Below are positions 45,902 to 56,850 of a DNA stretch of 64,000 bases, one piece after another; positions within the stretch are counted from its first letter, which is position 1; each line of letters starts with the position of its first letter. Under the pieces are notes generated by a model. That model saw nothing but the letters and a program-made list of their open reading frames with translations. It was not told the DNA's origin and ran no database searches. The DNA comes from Eukaryota sp. TZLM1-RC (taxonomy: Eukaryota; Protista; Metamonada: BaSk clade). The position numbers were made by a program, and so were the translations under genes. The stretch covers positions 868,001-932,000 of the forward strand of contig JAUPSS010000006.1 of assembly GCA_040285825.1 (NCBI GenBank), written 5' to 3'.

Positions 45902-48900
45902 ATGTCGACTATATTTAAACCTACTTGTCCAGTATCGCTTCTGATATCAGAAGGGGCATGTGCACTGCTTACAAATAATTGGACAATAGTGCCTCTTGAG
46001 TATTCTGCCTCACGAAGCCATCACAAGATACATCTCACTCAACAATTTCATGTTGTTGAAACAGAAGACCATATGTACTTGGCCCTCCAACCACGTTGCA
46101 TTGAAGGATCTTTCGTTTGCCACGCAGTTTCTTTACCATGCATTTCATCCACTAAGATTTCCATGTTTGCCAGTATGGAAGAATACATCTACGCTATTTC
46201 CTCTAACAACATTCTTCATCAGATTGATCTTGTTGATCTTACATCATGCGAGTTCTCTCTCCCATTCAAGCCAAAACAGTTGGAGGTGGGTTATGGCAAG
46301 ATCTTTCTTGTTTCGACCGAAGGTGATCTCTGTTCTCTCAATGCCAGAAATGGTAAAATTACTAATGAACCAGTAAATCAGGTAGCCAGTTTTGCTCTCG
46401 GAGCCGATTTTTCTTTGTTTGTCACTTTTGATAGGAAACTCCACGTCCTTGATATGTTTCATCGCCGATCAACCCAAATCAATGACATTGATGGTGTTAC
46501 TCACGTTTCTGTGTTTGGTAACAATGTTGTTTGTGCTACAGATTCTCATGTCAATCTATTTGAATTATTCAATACTGATGCAAGTACTGTGAAGATGCTG
46601 TTGTCATGTCCTATAGCTGACTTTAGTGGTCCCATTTCTGATGTCTTTGCTACTTCTACTGGATTTTATGTAGTTTCCAACGCTGTTTTCTTTGCTAAAT
46701 TGCCAGAAGCACCATCTGATTTTGTTTGTGATACAATTAAGTTTAATCAAATACTTTTATTTGATTGCAACAACAAAGCTCAATTGGTAACCCAAAATCT
46801 TTATTCTCAACAGTGTTTTGCTGTTGGTGAAGCATCAACAACAGCCAGTAAATTCCACAAACCAATTGAAAATCAAAAGTCGTTGAACCCTCCGAATGAG
46901 TTTTTTCAGGACCAAACACCAGCAACTGTTCATGACTTAGCAGCCAATGAATCTGTAGTTGATGAAGTAGAATCTAATAAGCATGTTGAGACTCAGCCAA
47001 CTCCTGATGACTCTGCAGCCAATGAATCTGTAGTTGATGAAGTAGAATCTAATCAGCATGTTGAGACTCAGCCAACTCCTGATGACTCTGCAGCCAATGA
47101 ATCTGTAGTTGATGAAGTAGAATCTAATCAGCATGTTGAGACTCAGCCAACTCCTGATGACTCTGCAGCCAATGAATCTGTAGTTGATGAAGTAGAATCT
47201 AATCAGCATGTTGAGACTCAGCCAACTCCTGATGACTCTGCAACCAATGAAGCTGTAGTTGATGAAGTAGAATCTAATCAGCATGTTGAGACTCAGCCAA
47301 CTCTTGATGACTCTGCAGCCAATGAATCTGTAGTTGATGAAGTAGAATCTAATCAGCATGTTGAGACTCAGCCAACTCTTGATGACTCTGCAACCAATGA
47401 ATCTGTAGTTGATGAAGTAGAATCTAATCAGCATGTTGAGACTCAGCCAACTCCTGATGACTCTGCAACCAATGAATCTGTAGTTGATGAAGTAGAATCT
47501 AATCAGCATGTTGAGACTCAGCCAACTCTTGATGACTCTGCAACCAATGAATCTGTAGTTGATGAAGTAGAATCTAATCAGCATGTTGAGACTCAGCCAA
47601 CTCTTGATGACTCTGCAACCAATGAATCTGTAGTTGATGAAGTAGAATCTAATCAGCATGTTGAGACTCAGCCAACTCTTGATGACTCTGCAGCCAATGA
47701 ATCTGTAGTTGATGAAGTAGAATCTAATCAGAATGTTGAGACTCAGCCAACTCTTGATGACCCTGCAGCCAATGAATCTGTAGTTGATGAAGTAGAATCT
47801 AATCAGAATGTTGAGACTCAGCCAACTCTTGATGACCCTGCAGCCAATGAATCTGTAGTTGATGAAGTAGAATCTAATCAGCATGTTGAGACTCAACCAA
47901 GAGGTCATGGTTTGACATCTAATGAAACTAAAGTTTACAAGACAGATGCCAGTGAGGAAGTTCAAACCCAAGCAATTGTTGTGGGGGCAGGGATCAAGAA
48001 CAATTCTTCTACAAATACCTCTTTTTCATGTAGTAATTGTGCCAAATCTCCATATGAATCTTCAGATTCATCAAAAGAGTCAGATTTGGAAGATGATTTA
48101 GATTTGAACAACAATGATGTTCTTTGTTTTGATAACATGAGCGTGGAAAATTCCCAATTCTGTAGTGAAGTTCATGAGAATCATGGGAAACATTTGTCCT
48201 ATCAGAATAAGTTATGCAAAGGGGATTTGTTTTTCCATGTGTTGGATCATGCTTGTTTCATGCAATTTCGACACCACAGAAAGCGAATTCCATTAAAATG
48301 CAACGTGGAAAAATTTTTCTTGACTGAAAAAGGTCCCATAATCAAAACTGATTCTAAACACTATTACTGGAACTTTAAATATGCTGATGATATCAAGTCT
48401 GTGGAACTTGAACATTACCAGGGTCTTGACAATCTTGACATTATTACATTTACACATTTTCCTTTAAGCTCTGACGGAACTGTTTATGTACCTAAGCGTG
48501 ATGAGGATGGATATTTTGAGGAGAATGCTTTTGTACCATCAGAAGTACTTGTCAATATTCGTCAAATTTCTGCCTGTGATGAATTGGCAGCTTTCGTTAC
48601 TTATGATGGTTACGTCTGGATTTGGAACAGGGAAGTTGGCGAAATATTCAAACACAAGCAGTTACAACATGTTAGTCAAATTTCTGTGAGCTCTTCTCAA
48701 GGCTTAGTTGTTTTAAATGATGGAACTTTGTTAGGATGGAGCAGTCACCAGGAATGTGGCTTTATGCCTAGTGGAGTTGAAGAAATTCCTATCGAAATTC
48801 CTGTTGTAATTGATGTCCCTCCAATGGAATACGTGGAAGTTTCACAAGACCATGCGATATGTTTAACCAAAGAAGGAACTGTTTATACTTTTGGTTCTAA

Positions 48901-51900
48901 TAAGCATGGTAAATGTGGAGTTAATTCAGATGATGATTTTGTGACTCCAACTTTATTGCCATTTCGGAATATTGATCATGTTGCTATTGGGGAAGACAAT
49001 TCATATTTCATAAAAGATGACGAAATTTATGCTTGTGGCGAAAGAGATGGACTCTTACGAAAATCAAAAGACAGTTGTGCATCATTTAAGCCTGCTTTCA
49101 GTGTATCCACTGGTCCAGAATTGAAAGTTTCTCAGCTACTCAAACAACCCTGGGATAAGGAAGTTAATGCTCGGTTGGTCAGAGAAGCTAATATAGGCAT
49201 CAACAGAATTGCTTTCGACAATTGGGGAAATCTGCTTTATGTTAATGCAGAAGGCAAACTTTTAGCTAAAGGTGATAACAACAACAATGTTCTGGGAATT
49301 TGTAAGACATCCGAATCTTCTTTTACTCAGGTTGTCAATGGTAACAATGTAACTGATGTTTTCATGGTCAGTGGTGCCTCCTTTTTCAAAACGCAAAGTG
49401 GTCAGATTCTTGCTTGTGGAAATGGGGAAAAATTAGCTATCCCAAGCACCAAGGATGAAAATGGAAATTTTGTTTCGGAGATCAAAGTAGCTGTGCCTTT
49501 TGAAGATGTTGCTGGTGCCAAATTTTTCTCTGGTGATTCTGGAAATGTGTCTGTTTTGTTTCAGGATGGTAAATGTGGCATTATCAAATCCGGATTGGGA
49601 CTTATGTATCCCAAAGTACTTGCTAGCTCTTCCATTACCATGATTACTTCTAATGGTAACTCTGATTGGTTTGTGAAAGAAGATGGATCTGTCTATAGAG
49701 CGTCGCCTGATTTACGTAGAATTGTTGGTCTTTCCAAAGTTGTCTCCCTTTCTGTCAGTGATTTCAGCGGCCTAGCCCTTCTCAATGATGGTTGTGTTGT
49801 TACATGGGGTCGCTGTACTTTTAATTTTGAGTCAGGAGCAGAAGAAATTGATTTAAATTTTGACGGGCTGAGTACACCATCTTTGTACACCTCTGAGGAT
49901 GCTAATGGTTTTGGTAGTAATTATTCTGATTTTTTTGTCATATGTGATTTACCCAAGATTAAAGCAATTGCTGCTGGAAATTTTTATTCACTCTTTGTTA
50001 CTGAAGAAGGGAAAGTTTTAGTTATAGGTAACAATGATCAAGGTCAAATAGGTCTAGGAGGATTGAAGAAAGCTACAGTTTTTACTGAAATTCCGAACAT
50101 CCGGAATGCTTCTGGTGTGAAGGCATACAAAGATTCTTCCGTTATAGTGTCTAATGGAGAACTTTATATTACTGGAGACCTTGGAAAGTATTTCTTTGGA
50201 GAACCTTGCACGACTTTTACCAAAATTCCAGAGGTGACGTACACCCCTGCCTTGGATTACTCAAAACTGGGTTTTGTTGAGCCAAAAGATATAGACTATT
50301 CTCAGGACGAAGCAAGAATTAGTTATTTAAATAGAATTCGAACTAATGGTGATTTGGATTATACAATTGTTCTCAATGAAAATGAGTTTGTTTTCAATCA
50401 CAAGTCCAATCATGGAAAGATGACTTTGAAATTTCCAAATATTCATCGTGTGTTTGCCTCAGAAAATTATCCAGTTTTTAGTACGAAAGATTTGACATAT
50501 TTTGTTGTTATGATTAATCATCAAGATTCTGAGGAAGTATATCAAAAGATTTTGGGATTGGATGCATTCGAAGTGAAAAAATTCGTGTATTCGACCCAAT
50601 TATTCCTTTGTCTTGATATAATTGGTAATGCTTATAGAATCAGTGAAGAGTTAGAAGTGCAAGAACTTACTCAATTGAAGAATGTTCGGCAGATTTCACT
50701 CTTTGAATCATCAGCAGCTTTTGTCACTGGTGATGGGTTTGCCTGGTTATGGGATTTGGGTAATTATAGTGTAACCAATGAACAATTAGTTTGTCATCCT
50801 TACTTACATAACGTGAAACAGGTGGCTATTGGCAATTTAGGATATGACCATCATTTTCATTTAGTAGTCTTAAATGATGGAAAATTGCTTGGTTGGGGTA
50901 ATGCAAAACGTCTTGGTTTTTCAAATGATGAATGGGATAAAATTCCAATGGAGTTTCCTGTTCTAATTGATGTTCCACCTATCGAATACGTGGCAGTTTC
51001 GGGAGATCATGCTATTTGTTTAACCAAAGAAGGAACTGTTTATACGTTTGGTTCCAATAAGCATGGCAAATGTGGAGTTAATTCTGACAATGATATCATG
51101 ACTCCAACTTTATTGTCTTTCCATGGTGTTGACCACGTTGCTATCGGTAAGTCCAATTCCTACATCATAAAGGATGACATAATTTTTGCTTGTGGTAAAC
51201 AGCACGGAATCTTCGCAAGAACACTACCTCTTCATCAATTTAAACCAATCATATCCTTGTTAACCGGATCTAAGGCAACTTTACTTGTCAGATATGAATC
51301 GGATTGGTCAATTGAAGAAAACTCACTGATTTTGAAAAATTCCATGTATAATCTTGATAGAATTGCTCAACTTAATGACAGATTAGTGTATGTCAATAAC
51401 GAAGGTAAAGTACTGGGTATGGGCAGTCAGTATTATTATCAATTGGGATTGGGTCATAGGGAAAAACCTACTGCGTTTACTCAAATTCCACTGTGCTACT
51501 CGATTCAAAGCGTGTACGCAACACAACATTTTACCTTTTTTAAAACATCCGAAGGCGAGGTTTATGCCTGTGGAACAGATTTGAATGTATTTAAAGCCTT
51601 AACACCTGGTGTCAGAATCGAAAAAAATCAGAAAGTTGTTGTTAATCTTGGAAATTTGGGGAGTTTTCATGGAGTTTGTAATGTTCTCTCGGATAATGTC
51701 ATCTTTCTAAACGGATCTGCGACACTGTATAAGGATGATTCGCAATCAGTTGAGTTACTCTCAGATGTTGTGCAAATGGTAGTTTCTGGGGACAAGAGTG
51801 TTTGGTTTCTGTCTTCCAGTGGTCATGTTTATCGCTATTCTAAATCTCTCAAACGTATAGTTGGTCTTTCGCGTGTTGTCTTGATTTCTGTCAGTGAGAC

Positions 51901-54802
51901 TCACGGTCTTGCCTTACTTCATGATGGAAGGGTTGTTTCATGGGGTAAAGCTAACCATAATGCTCTTGGTTATTCCTCCAGTAACGTTCCTGATGATGTG
52001 TACTTAGACGATGGTGAGATCACTGTTCCAGAATATTCGGATAGTGAGGAAGAATTTGGGTTCTCTATGCACGAAACATATCACTACAAAGTCATCCCAC
52101 ATTTGCCAAAAATTAAGGCTGTTTCAGCCGGTAATCATTATTCCCTATTTGTCACTGAAGAAGGGAAAGTTTTAGTTATTGGTAACAATGATAAAGGTCA
52201 AATAGGTCTAGGAGGTTTGAAGAAGGCTAAGGTTTTAACTGAAGTTCCGAACATCCGGGATGCTTCTGGTGTGAGGACATTTGATAATTCTTCCGTTATA
52301 GTTTCTAATGGAGAACTTCATGTTGCTGGAGACCTTGGAAATTATTTCTTTGGAGAACCTTGCACGACTTTTACCAAAATTCCAGAGGTGACGTACACCC
52401 CTGCCTTGGATTACTCAAATTTGGGTTTTGTTGAACCAAAAGATATAGACTATTCTCAAGACGAAGTTAGAATTAGTTATTTAAATAGAATTAGATTATT
52501 AGGTTTTGGGGAATTCCACTATTTTGATTGCAAACAGAATTATTGTAAGCGTCGTTCAGAATCCATTGTTAAACTTGCAATATGTGAAGATTTTGTCACC
52601 AAGTATATATTGGAAGATTATGTGATTGTATGCAATTCTATAGGACAGTATTTTGTAGCAAACAGTTCTGACCAATTAGATTTTCATCACATCACGGGAT
52701 TGGATAATGTGAATGTAAAATACTTTTGCTGTTCATTCAGTGATTTCGGAAATTCTTTTTCTTTAGAAATTTGTGAAATTCTTGCATTAACTATTGACGG
52801 TACTGTGTTCATTTTTAAGCTCAACAAGAAAACAGCCTTACCTACTGCCGATGCTCAATTAATGTCTGAAATTTCCAGTGTTAGGCAAATGACATTTCAA
52901 TCGGGATGTTGTGCATTTGTCACTTTTGATGGTTCTCTATATTATTGGAATAGAAGTGATCCTCAGCACACAATTGTTCGTCACCCAACTTTGCATAACG
53001 TCAAACATGTGGCAATTGGGAGTCTTTCCTACTTCCTCAATCCAACATTGGTCGTCTTAAATGACGGAACTTTACTAGGTTGGGGAACGCTTGGTTTTGA
53101 CAAAACAATTCCAATCGAAACTCCTGTTATTATTGATGTCCCTCCAATGGAATACGTTGCAGTCTCAGAAGACCATGCTGTATGTTTAACCAAAGAAGGA
53201 ACTGTTTATACTTTTGGAAGAAATATGTATGGTAAATGTGGAGTTAATTCAGGTGAGGAGTTCATTATGCCAACCTTGTTGCCATTTGAAGGGGTTGATC
53301 ATGTAGCAGTTGGCTCACAGTGTAGCTTCTTCATCAAAGATGATATAATTTATCGATGTGGGTACCAACCTGTCTCTATCAGTGAAAATTCAAATGAGTT
53401 TGTCCCCATTGCCTCCTTCGCCAATGGACACTTTTTAAAGGATTTGGGTAGAGCAATTGAGCAGGGTGAAAAGTCAACATGTAGTCCCGAAATGCATGAC
53501 AATGACATTGAACTAAATGATGAATCTCGAATCCACAAATTTGAAAGTGACACAGAATCTACAGAGCTTGGAGAACCTCAGCCAACTCTTGATGACTCTG
53601 CAGCCAATGAATCTGTAGTTGATGAAGTAGAATCTAATCAGCATGTTGAGACTCAGCCAACTCTTGATGACTCTGCAGTCAATGAATCTGTAGTTGATGA
53701 AGTAGAATCTAATCAGCATGTTGAGACTCAGCCAACTCTTGATGACTCTGCAACCAATGAAGCTGTAGTTGATGAAGTAAAATCTAATCAGCATGTTGAA
53801 ACTCAGCCAACTCTTGATGACTCTGCAGTCAATGAATCTGTAGTTGATGAAGTAGAATCTAATCAGCATGTTGAGACTCAGCCAACTCTTGATGACTCTG
53901 CAGTCAATGAATCTGTAGTTGATGAAGTAGAATCTAATCAGCATGTTGAGACTCAGCCAACTCTTGATGACTCTGCAACCAATGAAGCTGTAGTTGATGA
54001 AGTAGAATCTAATCAGCATGTTGAAACTCAGCCAACTCTTGATGACTCTGCAACCAATGAAGCTGTAGTTGATGAAGTAGAATCTAATCAGCATGTTGAA
54101 ACTCAGCCAACTCTTGATGACTCTGCAGTCAATGAATCTGTAGTTGATGAAGTAGAATCTAATCAGCATGTTGAGACTCAGCCAACTCTTGATGACTCTG
54201 CAGTCAATGATGTAGTTGATGAAGCGGAATCGCCAGAGCATGTTGAAACTCAGCCAACATTTGATGACTCAGCAGTCAATGATGTAGTTGATGAAGCGAA
54301 ATCCAATGAACAAATCGAAAATAAACCGCGGGTCCAGGATCTTTCAATTTTGTCGTCGGTGACTAATGTTATTTGTGAATCTGGGGATTGCCTCAATCCG
54401 TTACTGGGCCCCAAAAACTCTGCAATTAAGAAAGAGCTAGACCAGCAATCTCCCAAACCTGAAAATATCGAATTTTTTGGTCACTTAAGGAAACGTGGAA
54501 AAATATTCAAAACTTGGCGGCAACGTTGGTTTGTTTTGAAAAATTCCACATTGAGCTATTTTGGAAGCTTGGATGACAAAACACCCAAGAACGTGATTTT
54601 CCTATCTCATAATTCTAGTGTTCACCATATTTCTACTGATTTGTATAACTCTTTCAAAGCAACCAAACCTCAAAGTCACTATTTTGTTGTGAGTTCGACT
54701 CCTGACAGTCGTTTGTTTGTGTTGGAAGCAGAAAGTGAAACTGATTGCAATATTTGGATCAGGAAAATTCGTCAAGCAATTCCATCAGATTACAGTTCTT
54801 AA
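45902..54802 (+). CDS. Giant 2966-aa protein: multiple RCC1-like propellers, two acidic 20-aa tandem arrays and a C-terminal PH domain
   Basis: Intact intronless ORF; DHAICLTKEGTVYTFGSNKHGKCG-type RCC1 repeats; PH signature GHLRKRGKIFKTWRQRWFVLK...LEAESETDCNIWIRKI. Confidence 0.92.
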   Translation: MSTIFKPTCPVSLLISEGACALLTNNWTIVPLEYSASRSHHKIHLTQQFHVVETEDHMYLALQPRCIEGSFVCHAVSLPCISSTKISMFASMEEYIYAISSNNILHQIDLVDLTSCEFSLPFKPKQLEVGYGKIFLVSTEGDLCSLNARNGKITNEPVNQVASFALGADFSLFVTFDRKLHVLDMFHRRSTQINDIDGVTHVSVFGNNVVCATDSHVNLFELFNTDASTVKMLLSCPIADFSGPISDVFATSTGFYVVSNAVFFAKLPEAPSDFVCDTIKFNQILLFDCNNKAQLVTQNLYSQQCFAVGEASTTASKFHKPIENQKSLNPPNEFFQDQTPATVHDLAANESVVDEVESNKHVETQPTPDDSAANESVVDEVESNQHVETQPTPDDSAANESVVDEVESNQHVETQPTPDDSAANESVVDEVESNQHVETQPTPDDSATNEAVVDEVESNQHVETQPTLDDSAANESVVDEVESNQHVETQPTLDDSATNESVVDEVESNQHVETQPTPDDSATNESVVDEVESNQHVETQPTLDDSATNESVVDEVESNQHVETQPTLDDSATNESVVDEVESNQHVETQPTLDDSAANESVVDEVESNQNVETQPTLDDPAANESVVDEVESNQNVETQPTLDDPAANESVVDEVESNQHVETQPRGHGLTSNETKVYKTDASEEVQTQAIVVGAGIKNNSSTNTSFSCSNCAKSPYESSDSSKESDLEDDLDLNNNDVLCFDNMSVENSQFCSEVHENHGKHLSYQNKLCKGDLFFHVLDHACFMQFRHHRKRIPLKCNVEKFFLTEKGPIIKTDSKHYYWNFKYADDIKSVELEHYQGLDNLDIITFTHFPLSSDGTVYVPKRDEDGYFEENAFVPSEVLVNIRQISACDELAAFVTYDGYVWIWNREVGEIFKHKQLQHVSQISVSSSQGLVVLNDGTLLGWSSHQECGFMPSGVEEIPIEIPVVIDVPPMEYVEVSQDHAICLTKEGTVYTFGSNKHGKCGVNSDDDFVTPTLLPFRNIDHVAIGEDNSYFIKDDEIYACGERDGLLRKSKDSCASFKPAFSVSTGPELKVSQLLKQPWDKEVNARLVREANIGINRIAFDNWGNLLYVNAEGKLLAKGDNNNNVLGICKTSESSFTQVVNGNNVTDVFMVSGASFFKTQSGQILACGNGEKLAIPSTKDENGNFVSEIKVAVPFEDVAGAKFFSGDSGNVSVLFQDGKCGIIKSGLGLMYPKVLASSSITMITSNGNSDWFVKEDGSVYRASPDLRRIVGLSKVVSLSVSDFSGLALLNDGCVVTWGRCTFNFESGAEEIDLNFDGLSTPSLYTSEDANGFGSNYSDFFVICDLPKIKAIAAGNFYSLFVTEEGKVLVIGNNDQGQIGLGGLKKATVFTEIPNIRNASGVKAYKDSSVIVSNGELYITGDLGKYFFGEPCTTFTKIPEVTYTPALDYSKLGFVEPKDIDYSQDEARISYLNRIRTNGDLDYTIVLNENEFVFNHKSNHGKMTLKFPNIHRVFASENYPVFSTKDLTYFVVMINHQDSEEVYQKILGLDAFEVKKFVYSTQLFLCLDIIGNAYRISEELEVQELTQLKNVRQISLFESSAAFVTGDGFAWLWDLGNYSVTNEQLVCHPYLHNVKQVAIGNLGYDHHFHLVVLNDGKLLGWGNAKRLGFSNDEWDKIPMEFPVLIDVPPIEYVAVSGDHAICLTKEGTVYTFGSNKHGKCGVNSDNDIMTPTLLSFHGVDHVAIGKSNSYIIKDDIIFACGKQHGIFARTLPLHQFKPIISLLTGSKATLLVRYESDWSIEENSLILKNSMYNLDRIAQLNDRLVYVNNEGKVLGMGSQYYYQLGLGHREKPTAFTQIPLCYSIQSVYATQHFTFFKTSEGEVYACGTDLNVFKALTPGVRIEKNQKVVVNLGNLGSFHGVCNVLSDNVIFLNGSATLYKDDSQSVELLSDVVQMVVSGDKSVWFLSSSGHVYRYSKSLKRIVGLSRVVLISVSETHGLALLHDGRVVSWGKANHNALGYSSSNVPDDVYLDDGEITVPEYSDSEEEFGFSMHETYHYKVIPHLPKIKAVSAGNHYSLFVTEEGKVLVIGNNDKGQIGLGGLKKAKVLTEVPNIRDASGVRTFDNSSVIVSNGELHVAGDLGNYFFGEPCTTFTKIPEVTYTPALDYSNLGFVEPKDIDYSQDEVRISYLNRIRLLGFGEFHYFDCKQNYCKRRSESIVKLAICEDFVTKYILEDYVIVCNSIGQYFVANSSDQLDFHHITGLDNVNVKYFCCSFSDFGNSFSLEICEILALTIDGTVFIFKLNKKTALPTADAQLMSEISSVRQMTFQSGCCAFVTFDGSLYYWNRSDPQHTIVRHPTLHNVKHVAIGSLSYFLNPTLVVLNDGTLLGWGTLGFDKTIPIETPVIIDVPPMEYVAVSEDHAVCLTKEGTVYTFGRNMYGKCGVNSGEEFIMPTLLPFEGVDHVAVGSQCSFFIKDDIIYRCGYQPVSISENSNEFVPIASFANGHFLKDLGRAIEQGEKSTCSPEMHDNDIELNDESRIHKFESDTESTELGEPQPTLDDSAANESVVDEVESNQHVETQPTLDDSAVNESVVDEVESNQHVETQPTLDDSATNEAVVDEVKSNQHVETQPTLDDSAVNESVVDEVESNQHVETQPTLDDSAVNESVVDEVESNQHVETQPTLDDSATNEAVVDEVESNQHVETQPTLDDSATNEAVVDEVESNQHVETQPTLDDSAVNESVVDEVESNQHVETQPTLDDSAVNDVVDEAESPEHVETQPTFDDSAVNDVVDEAKSNEQIENKPRVQDLSILSSVTNVICESGDCLNPLLGPKNSAIKKELDQQSPKPENIEFFGHLRKRGKIFKTWRQRWFVLKNSTLSYFGSLDDKTPKNVIFLSHNSSVHHISTDLYNSFKATKPQSHYFVVSSTPDSRLFVLEAESETDCNIWIRKIRQAIPSDYSS
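46934..47899 (+). repeat. Coding 60-bp tandem array, about 16 units
   Basis: Unit encodes DDSA(A/T)NESVVDEVESNQHVETQPT(P/L); contiguous units with no unique spacers. Confidence 0.97.
53577..54310 (+). repeat. Second coding 60-bp tandem array, about 12 units (last two degenerate, 57 bp)
   Basis: Same unit as 46934-47899, with SAVN variants. Confidence 0.95.
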
Positions 54803-54974
54803 TTTTAGCTATTGTTTTTCTCAATATCTGTCTTCACCAGTGAGTTTTTGTTTTTTGGTGTGTTGTATTTATAAATTTTTTCAAAGTTTAAAATTTATTT
54901 CAAAAAATCATCATTGGATTTTAATATTAATTCTGATATATTTAAATATTTTATGGGGAAACAAAACAAAACAA

Positions 54975-55800
54975 ATTAAAACACATAAGAAACAAAATTC
55001 TCCACGCCAACTCTTGATGAATCCAAAAAAATTATAAAGTTTAATTAAAAATAAAAATTAGTTTGATGAAAATTATAAAGTTTAATTAGTTTTTAAATTA
55101 TAAAGTTTGGACATCATTAAACTCAAGTACTTGGGAACCCTTCTGTACAAAGCGAAAATGATACGATCTTTCCATAAATTCCCTGCAAAATTCTTACCAC
55201 TTGAGCGACATAAATTACCAAAATCATTGAGAAAATTTCAAGACAGACTGTCCAATGTTGCCAAAAATCGAAAAGGCAAAAGGAATAAAGGAAAACCTCA
55301 ATTAAAAGTTCTTATTTAAATCATTTTATATTTCAGTATACTTATCTCTTTTACGATCTTCAGCCTTGTTTGAATGACCATTAGTACTAGGTAAAACATC
55401 ATCACAATAGCTAAAAGCAAAGGGACTCTGTAGTAAAATCAACAACAACTTGAGTGGAATCCACAAAAGGAGCAATTAAATCACCTCGATGTGAATTAAA
55501 CAGATAATGATCACTATAATGCTTCAACACAGGTTCTACTTTGCAACTAAAATTGTAACACTTAAACATGTCATGTGTCAAATCATGAATGGCATTATGA
55601 AGAACTGACCGATATTGAAGAAATTTCTTAAAACTTACAAAATGACGGAATTTGGCAGTAGGTTTTTCGTTACAAATACAAACAGTTTATCCAAAAGACC
55701 ACTTGAATACAACCCTTATCTCAACCGCATGATTTGTGTCCTAGCTTCATTTGTTAGTGAAGACCAAATGACCTTGGTTGCTGATATATTAAGCTAGTGC
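54975..55800 (-). mobile_element. 3' fragment of CRE-like family D
   Basis: Homologous to 13075-13790 (MRLR*GLYSSGL, RSVLHN, VEP, RGDL). Confidence 0.85.
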
Positions 55801-56091
55801 AATTCTGGATGTCTGATAAAATGGCAGCAAAGACAAGCTTATTGATATTAGTTACACTTAGTCGTTGTAAAAAACTCTAAGACTTCAAAACCAATTAAAA
55901 CAGACTGATGTTATTTCACAACAACAGAATGAAGATTAGTCAAAGATCTCGATGGTACAGAATGCAAACTTGAAGGACAACACTTATTCCACCCATCAAT
56001 AGGTAGTTACAGCTCCTTCTTTTCGAGCGAAATTAATACCGTGGATGTTTGCAAGAAAAATGCCTTGAGAAACGCTCAATCTGAAGTATCC

Positions 56092-56676
56092 TGAAGCGGA
56101 ATCTCCAGAGCATGTTGAAACTCAGCCAACACTTGATGACTCAGCAGTCAGTGAAGCTGTAGTTGATGAAGCGAAATCCAATGAACAAATCGAAAATAAA
56201 CCGCGGGTCCAGGATCTTTCAATTTTGTCGTCGGTGACTAATGTTATTTGTGAATCTGGGGATTGCCTCAATCCGTTACTGAGCCCCAAAAACTCTGCAA
56301 TTAAGAAAGAGCTAGACCAGCAATCTCCCAAACCTGAAAATATCGAATTTTTTGGTCACTTAAGGAAACGTGGAAAAATATTCAAAACTTGGCGGCAACG
56401 TTGGTTTGTTTTGAAAAATTCCACATTGAGCTATTTTGGAAGCTTGGATGACAAAACACCCAAAAACGTGATTTTCCTATCTCATAATTCTAGTGTTCAC
56501 CATATTTCTACTGATTTGTATAACTCTTTCAAAGCAACCAAACCTCAAAGTCACTATTTTGTTGTGAGTTCGACTCCTGACAGTCGTTTGTTTGTGTTGG
56601 AAGCAGAAAGTGAAATGATTGCAATATTTGGATCAGGAAAATTGGTCAAGCAATTCCATCAGATTACAGTTCTTAA
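56092..56676 (+). pseudogene. Duplicated PH-domain tail of the giant gene, without its own start and frameshifted
   Basis: Copy of 54220-54802 with a 1-bp deletion near 56615 (gaaatgatt vs gaaactgatt). Confidence 0.85.
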
Positions 56677-56850
56677 TTTTAGCTATTGTTTTTCTCAATA
56701 TCTGTCTTCACCAGTGAGTTTTTGTTTTTTGGTGTGTTGTATTTATAAATTTTTTCAAAGTTTAAAATTTATTTCAAAAAAATCATCATTGGATTTTAAT
56801 ATTAATTCTGATATATTTAAATATTTTATGGGGAAACAAAACAAAACAAA

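Noticed and set aside
46934-47899. 60-bp arrays as a CRISPR array
   Set aside because: Units are contiguous with no unique spacers, are in-frame coding repeats, and no cas genes are present.
46937-47971. Antisense repetitive ORFs 46937-47971 and 53513-54241
   Set aside because: Shadow frames of the coding tandem repeats.
55006-55020. 15-bp identity (GCCAACTCTTGATGA) between the CRE family D tail and the 60-bp coding repeat
   Set aside because: The homologous CRE copy near 13120 already has nearly the same sequence, so chance similarity is sufficient.
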